DNA of 61,964 bases, filler included, from 5 parts of 5 records of this genome joined end to end with filler, not necessarily neighbours in it; one strand, 5' to 3'. Shown: positions 49,852 through 60,646, numbered from the whole stretch's first letter. The notes: a model not told the origin generated them from the sequence alone. Program-made: numbers and translations.

Positions 49852-51495
49852 ATGAAAGCCTCTGACCTGTTAGTTAAGGCTCTCGAAAACGAAGGTGTTG
49901 AGTACATCTTTGGTGTGCCTGGCGAAGAAAACCTCGACTTTGTTGAGTCCTTGCGCAATTCCAGCATCAAACTCATCCTAACGCGCCACGAACAGGGCGC
50001 AGGATTCATGGCCGCAACCTATGGACGCCTGACGGGACGCCCCGGCGTCTGCCTGGCTACACTCGGTCCCGGCGCAACCAATCTGGTCACGCCGGCTGCT
50101 TACGCCCTCCTGGGCGCGATGCCCATGCTCATGATAACTGGCCAGAAGCCGATTAAATCCAGCAAACAGGGCCGTTTCCAGATCGTAGATATCGTAGACA
50201 TGATGCGGCCGCTTACACAGTTCACGCGCCAACTCGTAGATGGCAACAACATTCCTCCGGGTGTGCGCGAAGCCTTCAGACTTATGCGCGAAGAGCGCCC
50301 CGGACCCGCTCACCTGGAATTGCCGGAAGACATCGCGGCCGAACAGACCGAAGCCCCGCTTATAGAACCCGAATTCGCACGCCGCCCCGTCGCCAGCCGC
50401 AAGGCTATCAGCGCCGCCGTACAAATGATCCAGAACGCCAAACGCCCGCTCCTGCTGATCGGCGCGGCGGCGAACCGCAATCGCACCAGCAAATCACTGG
50501 AAGCACTCATCAACAAAACCGGTATCCCATTTTTTAATACTCAGATGGGCAAAGGTGTCATAGACGAGAACCACGAACTCTACATCGGAACCGCTGCCCT
50601 CTCAGACAGCGACTACATCCATTGCGCCATCGACCGGGCCGACCTGATAATTAACATCGGTCACGACGTCATCGAAAAACCGCCTTTCTTCATGCATCAC
50701 GACGACGGCCGCAAAGTCATTCACATCAACTACTTCTCTGCCGCTGTTGATGCCGTCTACTTCCCGCAGTCCGAAGTTGTTGGAGACATCGCCAACGCTG
50801 TACAGCGCATGAGTGACGAGATCGATGTGCAAGAAAGTTGGGAACTGGACTACTTCCTGCGCATTAAAAATCAGATGGATGAACATATCAACGGACTGGC
50901 GGCCGACGCCTCCTTCCCCGTCAAACCTCAAAGACTTGTTGCCGACATTCGCGCGGTAATGCCGGCAGATGGAATTGTAACGCTCGATAACGGCATGTAT
51001 AAAATCTGGTTTGCGCGCAACTATCGCGCTAACCAACCCAACACCTTACTCCTGGACAATGCTCTGGCTACAATGGGCGCTGGACTGCCGTCGGCTATGG
51101 CCGCCAAAATTGTCCATCCCGAGCGCAAAGTAGTTTCCGTTTGCGGTGATGGCGGATTTATGATGAATTCGCAGGAGCTGGAAACCGCAGTGCGCCTTAA
51201 ACTGGACCTCGTCGTCATAGTCCTGACGGATTCTGCGTATGGAATGATCAAGTGGAAACAGGAAGGCATGGGTTTTGATGATTACGGCCTCGACTTTGGC
51301 AACCCCGACTTTGTTAAGTACGCCGAAGCATATGGCGCACATGGGCACAGACTGGCGGCCACCGAAGACCTGCAGACGCGATTAAGTGAACTTGTTAACA
51401 CTCCAGGTGTGCATCTGCTCGATGTTCCGATCGACTATTCGGACAATCACAGATTGCTTAACGACGAGCTGCGAGCCAAGACCTGTCTCCTCTAA
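49852..51495 (+). CDS. ThDP-dependent enzyme, acetolactate synthase large-subunit-like
   Basis: FGVPGEENL, TRHEQGA, TLGPGATN, GDGGFMMN ThDP motif. Confidence 0.9.
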   Translation: MKASDLLVKALENEGVEYIFGVPGEENLDFVESLRNSSIKLILTRHEQGAGFMAATYGRLTGRPGVCLATLGPGATNLVTPAAYALLGAMPMLMITGQKPIKSSKQGRFQIVDIVDMMRPLTQFTRQLVDGNNIPPGVREAFRLMREERPGPAHLELPEDIAAEQTEAPLIEPEFARRPVASRKAISAAVQMIQNAKRPLLLIGAAANRNRTSKSLEALINKTGIPFFNTQMGKGVIDENHELYIGTAALSDSDYIHCAIDRADLIINIGHDVIEKPPFFMHHDDGRKVIHINYFSAAVDAVYFPQSEVVGDIANAVQRMSDEIDVQESWELDYFLRIKNQMDEHINGLAADASFPVKPQRLVADIRAVMPADGIVTLDNGMYKIWFARNYRANQPNTLLLDNALATMGAGLPSAMAAKIVHPERKVVSVCGDGGFMMNSQELETAVRLKLDLVVIVLTDSAYGMIKWKQEGMGFDDYGLDFGNPDFVKYAEAYGAHGHRLAATEDLQTRLSELVNTPGVHLLDVPIDYSDNHRLLNDELRAKTCLL

Positions 51496-51540
51496 ACCCC
51501 GAAAAATATCAATTGTCCAACTCACATATTTTTAGATTCC

Positions 51541-52935
51541 ATGAGTAACACAAAAGCCGTCTATTCGCCCTTCGATGGACATCATATTGCCGACGTGCCG
51601 ATGGTGGACGCCGCGCAAGCTGAAGTTATGATGCAGGAAGCCTACGAGCTTTCGCGCGACCGCGACCGCTGGCTCAGCAAACCTGAACGCATCGAAATCC
51701 TGCGCCGCGCCGAGCAGATTATGAACAGCCAGATTGAAGAGCTGACAAATCTAATGGCCGAAGAAGGCGGCAAACCCTACAAAGACTCCAAGGTTGAAGC
51801 CCATCGCGCTGTCGACTGCATTCGCGTAGCTATTGAAACACTGCGTACCGACGCCGGCGAAGAGATTCCCATGGGCGGAACAAATCGCGCACTTAACCGC
51901 ATTGCTTTTACACAGCACGAGCCAATTGGTGTCGTAATGGCAATCAGCGCGTTTAACCATCCCTTTAACCTGATTGCACATCAGGTGGCGCCTGCAATCG
52001 CCGTCGGCTGTCCCGTAATTGTTAAGCCGGCGTCCAGCACTCCGCGCTCATGTTTTAAGTTCGTTGAAATCCTGCGTGAAGCCGGTTTGCCCGAGGAATG
52101 GTGCCGTGTAGCAGTCTGTGCCAACGATGTCGCGCAGAGTCTGGCAACGGACAAACGCACAGCGTTTTTAACATTTATTGGTTCCGCACGCATTGGATGG
52201 ATGCTCAAATCCAAACTGGCTCCCGGCACGCGTTGTGCGCTGGAACATGGTGGTGTGGCTCCCGCAATTGTTGAGGCCGATGCAGATATTGACGACGCAT
52301 TACCTCTGCTGGCCGTTGGCGGAATGTATCATGCCGGTCAGGTCTGCGTTTCCGTGCAGCGCCTTTACGTGCATGCCGACATATGCGACAAAGTTAGCTC
52401 CGGCCTGGTCGATATTGTTAACAAAATGAAAGTTGGCGATCCACTCGATCCTGCAACAGACGTTGGTCCATTAATTTCTACCGGCGATGTTAATCGCGTT
52501 GACGAATGGGTTAAAAACGCAGTTGCCAAGGGCGCTAAACTGCTTTGCGGTGGCGAGAAAATTAACGACTACTGTTATGCGCCCACGATTGTTCTCGATC
52601 CGCCTGACGATTGTGAACTGTCACAGGATGAAGTCTTTGGCCCCGTAATCTGCATATATTCCTACACGGATCGCATGCAGGCCATCAAACGCGCAAACTC
52701 TCTCGACGTTGAATTCCAGGCCTCGGTCTTCACAAAAGATATCGACGTTGCCATGGATACTTCACAACGACTTAACGCAGCCGCGGTCATGATCAACGAT
52801 CATACAGCCTTCCGCGTAGATTGGATGCCGTTTGCAGGTCACAATGTTTCGGGTTATGGCACCGGTGGCATTCCCTACTCAATGGAAGACATGCAAAAGC
52901 GCAAGATGACGGTCATTCGCTCCAAGCTGATTTGA
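51541..52935 (+). CDS. Aldehyde dehydrogenase family protein
   Basis: FNHP, VKPA, FIGS, LEHGG, GQVCVS catalytic Cys, EVFGP. Confidence 0.93.
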   Translation: MSNTKAVYSPFDGHHIADVPMVDAAQAEVMMQEAYELSRDRDRWLSKPERIEILRRAEQIMNSQIEELTNLMAEEGGKPYKDSKVEAHRAVDCIRVAIETLRTDAGEEIPMGGTNRALNRIAFTQHEPIGVVMAISAFNHPFNLIAHQVAPAIAVGCPVIVKPASSTPRSCFKFVEILREAGLPEEWCRVAVCANDVAQSLATDKRTAFLTFIGSARIGWMLKSKLAPGTRCALEHGGVAPAIVEADADIDDALPLLAVGGMYHAGQVCVSVQRLYVHADICDKVSSGLVDIVNKMKVGDPLDPATDVGPLISTGDVNRVDEWVKNAVAKGAKLLCGGEKINDYCYAPTIVLDPPDDCELSQDEVFGPVICIYSYTDRMQAIKRANSLDVEFQASVFTKDIDVAMDTSQRLNAAAVMINDHTAFRVDWMPFAGHNVSGYGTGGIPYSMEDMQKRKMTVIRSKLI

Positions 52936-52962
52936 GAGTTGTTAACAACAGCGTCTTAATAC

Positions 52963-53000
52963 AAAACGGCTCTACGGCTTTAACTGTAGAGTCGTTTTTT
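52963..53000 (+). terminator. Rho-independent terminator
   Basis: AAAACGGCTCTACGG-loop-CTGTAGAGTCGTTTTTT stem with G-U pairs and a T tract. Confidence 0.8.
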
Positions 53001-53527
53001 TATGGGAACTGGTCCAAGCACCCATTTTGCGAATTAATCGACAAAGCCTTTTCTCGCAAGAGCAGAATCAAACCATTGATCCACGCTTTATGCCACCTCA
53101 TACTTCGGGGCATAGCTTTTCTGATGTTTTTGTTTGTTGTTGTTTCTGTAGTTAACAATAATCGATCCAAGCCGCATTTCTGCTGCTCGTTCGGGCGTGG
53201 AATCCAGACAATTATTGTGGCTCAATTGCGCCGCGTTTCATGAAGCTACAATCCTGTCCCGAATTCGGCGTGTCACGATTCATAGGCTCAACCATAGTGG
53301 CTTTGTCAGGTGCAACCTCAAGCACAGTTTCTTTATCGACCGTCTTATTCCTCACTGTGATTATCTGTTCAGTCTGCAAAACTGTGAACAAACGTTCCAG
53401 CACCTCACTACCTACCAAATTATTGCAAGCTCAGATTGAGCTGGTACAGATTCAGTATGTCCTCAAATTCTAGTCGTTTTAGTGTTCGCACCCAGACTGC
53501 CAGTGGTGTTCACAATCCAGATTAGCA

Positions 53528-54250
53528 CTAAAAATCAAACACATTCGGCGCACTGTTTCTTGCCATGTATTGACCAGCAAAAAAGGCATATATGTGATCG
53601 ATGGTATAAGACTGCGATTCATCTTTTGCCCCAAACAAAGACTCAAACGCCGCACTACTTAACTCACATGTCTTTAACCCCGGGCCTTCTGCAATTACAC
53701 TATGGTATGGCATGGAACTTTCACTGGACGGTGCAATCACTTATAAGGCCTTGTATCTGTGTTTGTCAATCAAATATTGACCATAATACGCAATCAGCTT
53801 TGGGAATAATTCTACTCTGCTACGAATGCTGTGGTTTCTATTTTCCAGCTCAACGGATTTGTCGATGCAGCTCCGTGAATATGTTAATCTTTCAGGACTA
53901 TCTCCCAGCTCAACAGCAAACTCGTGGCGTAGGTTCGGCAGCAGATTCAAAATTTCAGTTTTGTACGGAAAAACATTCGGTACAAAATCAAATGTTATCT
54001 CATTTTTGTCGTGGAACAGTTCAATCAGAACGTCAAGTTCTTTCTGCGAAGGTACGACAAACTTCTTTTCATTTATCGTATTCCAAAGATAGAACTTTGC
54101 ATCGTTGTAGGCCTGCAGCACAATTGTTGACCCCAGGCTCCGATCTGTCCACTCCACTTCACGATATCCTAGACGCACAGCCTCAATAAACTGTCTCTTC
54201 GTGATCTCAGTCATATCGACCGGCAAATTGTGAATTTCACTATTTTTCAT
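53528..54250 (-). pseudogene. Hypothetical (immunity-like) gene split by one in-frame TAA
   Basis: ORFs 53741-54250 and 53528-53740 are contiguous in the same frame, separated only by TAA at 53741-53743. Confidence 0.55.
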
Positions 54251-54524
54251 TGCGTCTCAATTCGTTTGGCAATGGGATATTCACTGCTCGTGTTAAATTC
54301 TCTAACTCCTGCCATTCGGCATCTCCAAGCGGAATACTAAACTCATCTACCCATGACAAGACAAACTCCAATACCAGGTACTCCTCACCTGCCGCAACAT
54401 TTTGATCTTGGCCATCACAGTATTGCTGAGGAACATAGCTCCGGCAATACTCAACGAAGTTTAGCAGTAGCTTTTTATGTGCCTCGTTCATAACGATCTC
54501 CCCCATTTTGAGCGCTGTGCTCAT
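54240..54524 (-). CDS. Small acidic hypothetical protein
   Basis: 94-aa ORF overlapping the next gene start; part of a co-oriented array. Confidence 0.55.
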   Translation of the reverse strand: MSTALKMGEIVMNEAHKKLLLNFVEYCRSYVPQQYCDGQDQNVAAGEEYLVLEFVLSWVDEFSIPLGDAEWQELENLTRAVNIPLPNELRRNEK

Positions 54525-54672
54525 TCACTACCTTGCGTAACAGACTTGTTCTTTTTGTTAGCTCTTACGCGTTAAGATAGTAATCGCCCTCGTTTTGAGA
54601 AATTCTGTCAACTAAACACGAACTGCATCAGTAGTCGGTTAACAAGGCGGAGTTTCTTCACTTGTTCCCTCC

Positions 54673-55017
54673 TCAGGGAGCGTAAATTCGAACTTCACCA
54701 TCACTGAAAGTTGCATCGTCCCGGTAGCGCATGCTTCCCGGTGGTGCCGTAAAAACGAGTGTCTCAAACTCAGATAGCACAAGAGTACCGTTTTTTTGTG
54801 TTACAGAACTTAGCTTTAAAAACTTTAGATACATGATATTGTCAAATTCAATCTCAACAATGTCTCCGGCGGCTTCAATCTTGGTCAGCCAATGTTGACA
54901 GTCATATGGACGGCCATACCATCCATTTGGAAGACGGAGGTTTCCAGCCATATTGACCCGGAACCATTCGCGAATGACGTTTTCAATCTCAATCGTGTCC
55001 ACCTCTAAGGGCCTCAT
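54673..55017 (-). CDS. Hypothetical protein (LPNGWYGRPYD motif)
   Basis: 114-aa ORF in AT-rich DNA with protein-like composition. Confidence 0.65.
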   Translation of the reverse strand: MRPLEVDTIEIENVIREWFRVNMAGNLRLPNGWYGRPYDCQHWLTKIEAAGDIVEIEFDNIMYLKFLKLSSVTQKNGTLVLSEFETLVFTAPPGSMRYRDDATFSDGEVRIYAP

Positions 55018-55070
55018 GTATTAAACATACTGTTTCGCCAAAAACAGAGCACAAAACAACCGCGCTCAAC

Positions 55071-55526
55071 TCAAGACTGCTGGGCATCTGCCCAAACACA
55101 GTCTAGTGCAAATCCTAGCTTCAAGAAGTAGTCTTTCTCTGCATCAGTGATTCGAACCCCCAAATAGTCCTCATGCGAAATAGTCGCCACAAGTTCCGTC
55201 TCATCATTTGAAAATGATGGATCTTCTAATCCAAATGAACACCAAAAGTCAAAACTCTTTGATTTGATGAATTCTATCAACGCCTCATTTAACTCAAAAC
55301 GCACCTCCGGGCCATAGCCGTACAATTTTGGCTTATCCGCATCAATTGCAACTTTCTGTGCGCTAAAGCGAACAGAAAACTCCCTCGCCGAATCAATATC
55401 AAAACATTCGTTTAAATCTAAATTCTTGACCCTATCCAAGAAGTAATTAATCGTTCCCAGCCATATGCGCGTACGCGTGTCGGAATCAAATCCTGTCAAT
55501 TCATCTACATACATCTTGGCATTCAC
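55071..55526 (-). CDS. Acidic hypothetical protein (EDPSF...ISHE motif)
   Basis: 151-aa ORF, GTG start with AGGTAG upstream. Confidence 0.65.
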   Translation of the reverse strand: MNAKMYVDELTGFDSDTRTRIWLGTINYFLDRVKNLDLNECFDIDSAREFSVRFSAQKVAIDADKPKLYGYGPEVRFELNEALIEFIKSKSFDFWCSFGLEDPSFSNDETELVATISHEDYLGVRITDAEKDYFLKLGFALDCVWADAQQS

Positions 55527-55555
55527 AATTCAGCTACCTGCTTCCTGACTCGATT

Positions 55556-56053
55556 TCAACTTGTTATCTTTTTACAGTCCAATTCAGCTTCTGCAGTAAT
55601 ATCTGCAAGAGCTTGTTCTAGAATTGTTTTGACTTTGGGGCATAGCTCTTTGTTGTCTCTTGAGCTGAATAGCAACTTTCGACTGGAGAGTAGAGGCCAG
55701 TTTACGACTAACCCCGCTAAACCCTCTGTTAGATTTTCATCTTGTAAGTTCCAAGCCAATAACACCCAATCATCCAGCTTTCTTAGCATGTCGGGAGAAA
55801 GTTTCTCCAAACGATATCCCATTCGGGAGATGGACTCTATGATCGCTGTACAAATGTCTAGAGAAGAAAATTCTGCCTTAGAGGATTCTACACCTATCAG
55901 TCTTAAAACAGCCCTTTCAACCTCATGAACGTCCAGTCCTTCAGGCAAGACTTCAACCCAATCAACCTGCACTGCAAACTCCGGGATAAAAAGCGACAGC
56001 CGATATAAAAATCTCCATGTAAAAACATGTGAGTCTGAATGAAGGGCACACAA
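55556..56053 (-). CDS. Helical hypothetical protein
   Basis: 165-aa ORF, Leu/Glu rich; start uncertain. Confidence 0.55.
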   Translation of the reverse strand: MCALHSDSHVFTWRFLYRLSLFIPEFAVQVDWVEVLPEGLDVHEVERAVLRLIGVESSKAEFSSLDICTAIIESISRMGYRLEKLSPDMLRKLDDWVLLAWNLQDENLTEGLAGLVVNWPLLSSRKLLFSSRDNKELCPKVKTILEQALADITAEAELDCKKITS

Positions 56054-56297
56054 TCTACTTTTAACATGTAGTAGTGCATTAATATATCAAATTTAGGACC
56101 TAGTGAGTAATGTCTGAAATTCGGTAATTGCATCGTATACCGCAACAATACGCTTCCGGTCTATGGCGACTATTTAGTGAATCGCGCTTGGGCTCTTTGA
56201 GACCAGTCTTTGAGACTTGGGGCTAGAATCAGCCCCCACCTACAATTTGCAATCGTATACGCACTCGACACAAGGCAAATACATTTAACGTGCTAGA

Positions 56298-56397
56298 NNN
56301 NNNNNNNNNNNNNNNNNNNNNNNNNNNNNNNNNNNNNNNNNTTAATTAATTAANNNNNNNNNNNNNNNNNNNNNNNNNNNNNNNNNNNNNNNNNNNN
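56298..56397. other. Artificial contig spacer
   Basis: N-run flanking TTAATTAATTAA. Confidence 0.99.
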
Positions 56398-56464
56398 CAA
56401 TCTGTCACCCATGTCTCGAGCCGCTCATTCCAGATCGAAATTTCGGCGATGTATTTGCCGCGGA

Positions 56465-57970
56465 TCAGCCGCCCTGCCCTGCCAGGGCGCCGCGAACGGT
56501 TTTCAATGCTTCACGCGGCTGGCCGGACAAGAGTATACGCACGGCGCGCAGGATATGCCGCCCAAGCCTCGGCATGAAGAAGTATAGTGCCACAGGATAG
56601 ACCAGCGCTCCGACAACAACCGTGGCGATGACATGAAGCAGCGGGTTCGCGCCCTCTGGCATAAAATCCATGAAGAGCCAGACTACAATGCCCATGAGAC
56701 ATGAGGCAAAGAAAGCAGCAGAACCGGCCACGAGTTGGCGAACGACACTGAAGCCGACAACGCGTTGGATCATCCACGTACTGAGGATGAACGTGATGAC
56801 CTGTTTCGCAAGCAACGCGAAGGCAATGGCAACCAGACCGTATTGATAGGTAACGGCGAGCAGCACAGATGTCGCGATAATGGATGTCAGAGTGATCCAC
56901 GCGACTACATCCGGCCGGCCTACGCCACGGAAGACCCCCATCACAATCGCCGTGATCGGCGCCCGCAAGCCAATAACCATGTAGATCTGGAAAATTGGCA
57001 CACTTGGCGCCCACTGTTCGCCGAAGACAACCGGGATAGCGACGGGTGCGACCACGAAGGCGCCCATGAAGGTCGGATACGCCAGTAACGCAGACATCCG
57101 GATGGCACTATCCATGGCTTGATGCAGATTCTCTCGGCTGTCCTGCATGGCCGACGCAACTGGCATTGCAACAGCTGCGAACGGTGCAATCAACGCCTGG
57201 TTAGCCTGCTGGAACAGACGGGTCGGCAAATTGAAAACGCCAACAGCATGGGATCCGAGTGTCATGCCAATCAGGGTTTTCGGCAGCATCTGGTCGAATG
57301 TCTGAAGGATGTTCCCTGTGCCATTGACGAGGTTGAAATTGATCAGCTCTTTAAAGTCCAGCCAGCTGGATTGCACTTTGGGCACCCATCGCGCGAAGAA
57401 GAGAAAACCGACCAGGCGCACGATGCGTCGGGACAGCTCCATTCCCACCAGCGCCCATTCGTTTCGCCACATCAGGGCCATGACGACCCCGATCACAGCG
57501 GCCGTTACGGTGCCAAGAATATCAACGATCGTGATTTCCTTGTATCGTAACTCCCGCCGCAACATCGCGGCCGGGACAGCGATCACAGCACCGATCGGCA
57601 GAACGGCGCCCGTAATAATCAAAACCGGCACCACGGATGGTTCGCCGTACGCCCTGGCGATCAGGGGCGCCAGAAGGATGAGCACTCCCCACGAGACGAT
57701 CGAAAACAGGAACGACTGAAGGAAAACCGAGTTCAGATGTCCCGGCCGCAATTCCTTGCGCTGAACGAGGGCGTCACCCAACGTTCCGGATGCGATCGCA
57801 TCCGGCAGGGTCACGATCACAAGCGCCATCACAAACACGCCGTAGTCGTCCGGCGTCAGGATGCGGGCGATAACGACGATTGAAAGCAGGGACCCGATCA
57901 GTGTGACCCAGTTTGCAATCGCGTTGAGCGCGACAGCCTGTCCAGCTTTTTTTAGCAGGTTAGGGCTCAT
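56465..57970 (-). CDS. Wzx/WzxC-like polysaccharide flippase
   Basis: IARILTPDDYGV, ALVQRK, FGEQW motifs; many TM helices. Confidence 0.9.
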   Translation of the reverse strand: MSPNLLKKAGQAVALNAIANWVTLIGSLLSIVVIARILTPDDYGVFVMALVIVTLPDAIASGTLGDALVQRKELRPGHLNSVFLQSFLFSIVSWGVLILLAPLIARAYGEPSVVPVLIITGAVLPIGAVIAVPAAMLRRELRYKEITIVDILGTVTAAVIGVVMALMWRNEWALVGMELSRRIVRLVGFLFFARWVPKVQSSWLDFKELINFNLVNGTGNILQTFDQMLPKTLIGMTLGSHAVGVFNLPTRLFQQANQALIAPFAAVAMPVASAMQDSRENLHQAMDSAIRMSALLAYPTFMGAFVVAPVAIPVVFGEQWAPSVPIFQIYMVIGLRAPITAIVMGVFRGVGRPDVVAWITLTSIIATSVLLAVTYQYGLVAIAFALLAKQVITFILSTWMIQRVVGFSVVRQLVAGSAAFFASCLMGIVVWLFMDFMPEGANPLLHVIATVVVGALVYPVALYFFMPRLGRHILRAVRILLSGQPREALKTVRGALAGQGG

Positions 57971-57994
57971 GAAAAACTCCGGGCCATAACAAGT

Positions 57995-59173
57995 CTACCT
58001 TCCGGCATAGGAGGACGGAACCTCCTGAGGGGCGAGCCCGCTGGGCACACTCAGACGCAACACAAGTGAAGCAAGCCTGATTGCTTGTGAGAATTTTCCT
58101 GTTTGCAAGGAAAGACGAATGCGCCACACTATTGCCCGGGCGACAGCGCGCGCTATTTGAGCACCAACAGGCGACGTGTGCTTAATATCGAATAGCAGAG
58201 CACTCGCGTGTTCGTCGATAAACCGCTCCTCCCCGCCATACTTCATCATCAGTGCCTTGCGCAGGTCCGCAATCTCAACACTGGCGAGCCGGTCGCCGGA
58301 AATGGAGGCGGCGCTGTGCAGATCCTTACTGGCTTCCTCCCACATTCCCTTCCTGATCATGACGACCCCCCGGCGGATCAATGCCCACCGGGTCATCCCC
58401 GTTTCGATCAATGAACAATCCGCGGGCAGGTATTTGCCAAGAGGAAGGGCCTTATCGATCCGGGAAAAAATTTCCCTATCAAAGCGGCGCCAGTTTGAAT
58501 TGCGGTCCGCTGCATCGACGACATTGCTGGCGGTTCCCCGTGGACGATTGTGTTGCCTCTGGTGGAACACGACGAGTTCTGTGGACGCGGGGCGGCCATG
58601 CTGGGCAAGCCGCAGCAGCATGTCATAGTCTTGAGACCGGATCAGCGTCTCATCAAAGGGACCCACTTTGCGGTACAAGGATTTCCGAACCAACATCCCA
58701 GGCTGGTGCGCAAACATGTCGAGAAGCGTTTCAAAAAGAAAATCTTCTGGCAGACTTTCGCTCCAGTAGCCCGTATCGCTCCATTTCACATGACCGTTCG
58801 GCGCAATTGTAAATCGATCGTGCCGGCCGTACGCAAAGTCGGCCTCGGGGTTAGCTTCCAGAAGTCCAAGCAGGATCTCAAGCGCGTCGGGTTCGGCGAT
58901 ATCATCATCGTCGAACACCCAGATCAGGTCACCTTTCGCGATTTCCAAAGCCTTGTTGAGCGCCGCCGATTTTCCGGCATTTTCCTGATTCAGGATTGAA
59001 ATGTCACTTCGATACGCTTTCAGGCGATCAATGGTGTCATCCGTGGATCCGTCATTGATGACGATGATCTCATCCGGCCGCCTCGTCTGCGCCAGGATGG
59101 AATCCAACGCCTCCAGCAGCAACTCGGCCCGATTGAAGGTCGGAACGAGAACGGTGACCGAATTTGAGGGCAT
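57995..59173 (-). CDS. Glycosyltransferase family 2
   Basis: [27 protein letters not shown]; start ATG 59173. Confidence 0.92.
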   Translation of the reverse strand: MPSNSVTVLVPTFNRAELLLEALDSILAQTRRPDEIIVINDGSTDDTIDRLKAYRSDISILNQENAGKSAALNKALEIAKGDLIWVFDDDDIAEPDALEILLGLLEANPEADFAYGRHDRFTIAPNGHVKWSDTGYWSESLPEDFLFETLLDMFAHQPGMLVRKSLYRKVGPFDETLIRSQDYDMLLRLAQHGRPASTELVVFHQRQHNRPRGTASNVVDAADRNSNWRRFDREIFSRIDKALPLGKYLPADCSLIETGMTRWALIRRGVVMIRKGMWEEASKDLHSAASISGDRLASVEIADLRKALMMKYGGEERFIDEHASALLFDIKHTSPVGAQIARAVARAIVWRIRLSLQTGKFSQAIRLASLVLRLSVPSGLAPQEVPSSYAGR

Positions 59174-59361
59174 TGGTCTTCCTTCTGCTTGAGCGCTTTC
59201 CTGGTCTTCGGCCGTTTTCGACTGGCATCGGACTTGCTTGGGATCAGACTGAAAAGTGGCTCTGTCGTTGGTCTCCAAACCTGCAACCTGCATGCCAAAC
59301 GGCACGAAACGCAGCGAACACCATCAAAGAGTGACAGCGGCGCAACCGAGAGGAGTTCGCA

Positions 59362-60645
59362 TTGAAAATCGCGTTCTTTACAAACGCTTTTCCGATGATG
59401 TCGGAGGCCTTTATCGCGAACAGTGCGGCTGCCCTGGTAGAAGCCGGGCACGACGTTGACCTGTACGGAATCGGGAATGTCGACGCGACCGGACTTTCTG
59501 TTCCGGAAGTGGAACCCCTACACCTCGAACAATCGACGATAAACATGCGTTGGCCGGACAATCTCTCCGATCGCTGGCGCAAGCTGCCCGGCACTCTGAA
59601 GGATTTGGTATCCCGGCATGGCATGGGCAGCCTGGTCAGAATGCAGCCGGGCATTTACCGGCGGACGTTCCTGGACCTGTCCGCCGTTTTCCAGGCTGCT
59701 CAACTGCCTTCAGACGCCAGTTACGACATCATCCACTGTCAGTTCGCGCCGCTTGCGGAGCATGTCATAAAACACCGCCGGGCGGGTTTTCTGTCCGGTC
59801 ACCTGGTTGTCAATTTCCGGGGATATGACATTTCCGAACTGGTTACGTCCCAGGGTGAGCATCTGTACGACCATATCTGGCCGGAAGCTGACGCCTTCAT
59901 CTCAAACTCCGAATATTTCCGCCAACGCGCAATCGCGATCGGCTGTCCGGAAGACCGGATCAGCATCGTCGAGTCGGGCATGCGCCTCGAAAGCTTCCCA
60001 TTTCAGCCGATTAGCGAAGTTTCCAATGGCGACATCCGGTTTCTCATGGTCGGGCGCCTGATCGAGCGTAAAGGATTTCACGTCGCTTTGGCTGCGCTCT
60101 CACGATACGCGCGGGCAAGCGGACGCGGCATCGCTGTCGACATTGTCGGTGACGGCGACATGCGTGCCGAACTGGAGCAACTGGCGCGCGATTGCGGCCT
60201 CGGTGAAGCCGTGACTTTCCATGGCGCTCAAAGTCACAAGGCTATCGCGGACTTCATTCGCCAGTGCGACGTTTTCCTCGCGCCGTCCATGACCTGCTCG
60301 AAAGGCAGCCAGGACGGACCCGTCAACACACTGAAGGAAGCGATGGCGATCGGCCGTCCGGTCGTGGGAACCCGTCATGGCGGCATCTCGGAACTCGTGA
60401 TCGACGGTGAGACCGGCGTGCAGTGCGAGGAAGGCAGTGTCGATGCGCTTGAGCATGCCATCCACCGCATCCTCGGTATGCAGGCCCGTTGGCCGCACAT
60501 GCTCACCAATGCCCGCCAGGTCGTTGAGACCACCTATGCACTGCCGCGAACGACCGATGCCTTGATCGACGTTTACAACTCCATCCTGACGCCCCCCTCC
60601 TCCACTCCCGGTGATGCTGCCGGTCTTGCAAAGGAAGCTGCCTGA
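59362..60645 (+). CDS. Glycosyltransferase family 4 (WcaL-like)
   Basis: FPMMSEAFI, FRGYDIS, VGRLIERKG, KEAMAIGRPVVGTRHGGISE; TTG start after GAGGAG. Confidence 0.9.
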   Translation: MKIAFFTNAFPMMSEAFIANSAAALVEAGHDVDLYGIGNVDATGLSVPEVEPLHLEQSTINMRWPDNLSDRWRKLPGTLKDLVSRHGMGSLVRMQPGIYRRTFLDLSAVFQAAQLPSDASYDIIHCQFAPLAEHVIKHRRAGFLSGHLVVNFRGYDISELVTSQGEHLYDHIWPEADAFISNSEYFRQRAIAIGCPEDRISIVESGMRLESFPFQPISEVSNGDIRFLMVGRLIERKGFHVALAALSRYARASGRGIAVDIVGDGDMRAELEQLARDCGLGEAVTFHGAQSHKAIADFIRQCDVFLAPSMTCSKGSQDGPVNTLKEAMAIGRPVVGTRHGGISELVIDGETGVQCEEGSVDALEHAIHRILGMQARWPHMLTNARQVVETTYALPRTTDALIDVYNSILTPPSSTPGDAAGLAKEAA

Positions 60646-60646
60646 A

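Noticed and set aside
53482-54189. 235-aa plus-strand ORF
   Set aside because: Atypical Cys/His/Gln-rich composition and antisense to the more protein-like minus-strand frame.
53001-56297. Integron cassette array
   Set aside because: No repeated attC-like palindromes (RYYYAAC...GTTRRRY of suitable length) between ORFs by eye, and no intI; an IntegronFinder run would settle it.
25768-56397. Four identical N/TTAATTAATTAA blocks as a biological repeat
   Set aside because: Identical 100-nt artificial linkers; gene content and composition change across each, so no cross-spacer gene linkage was inferred.
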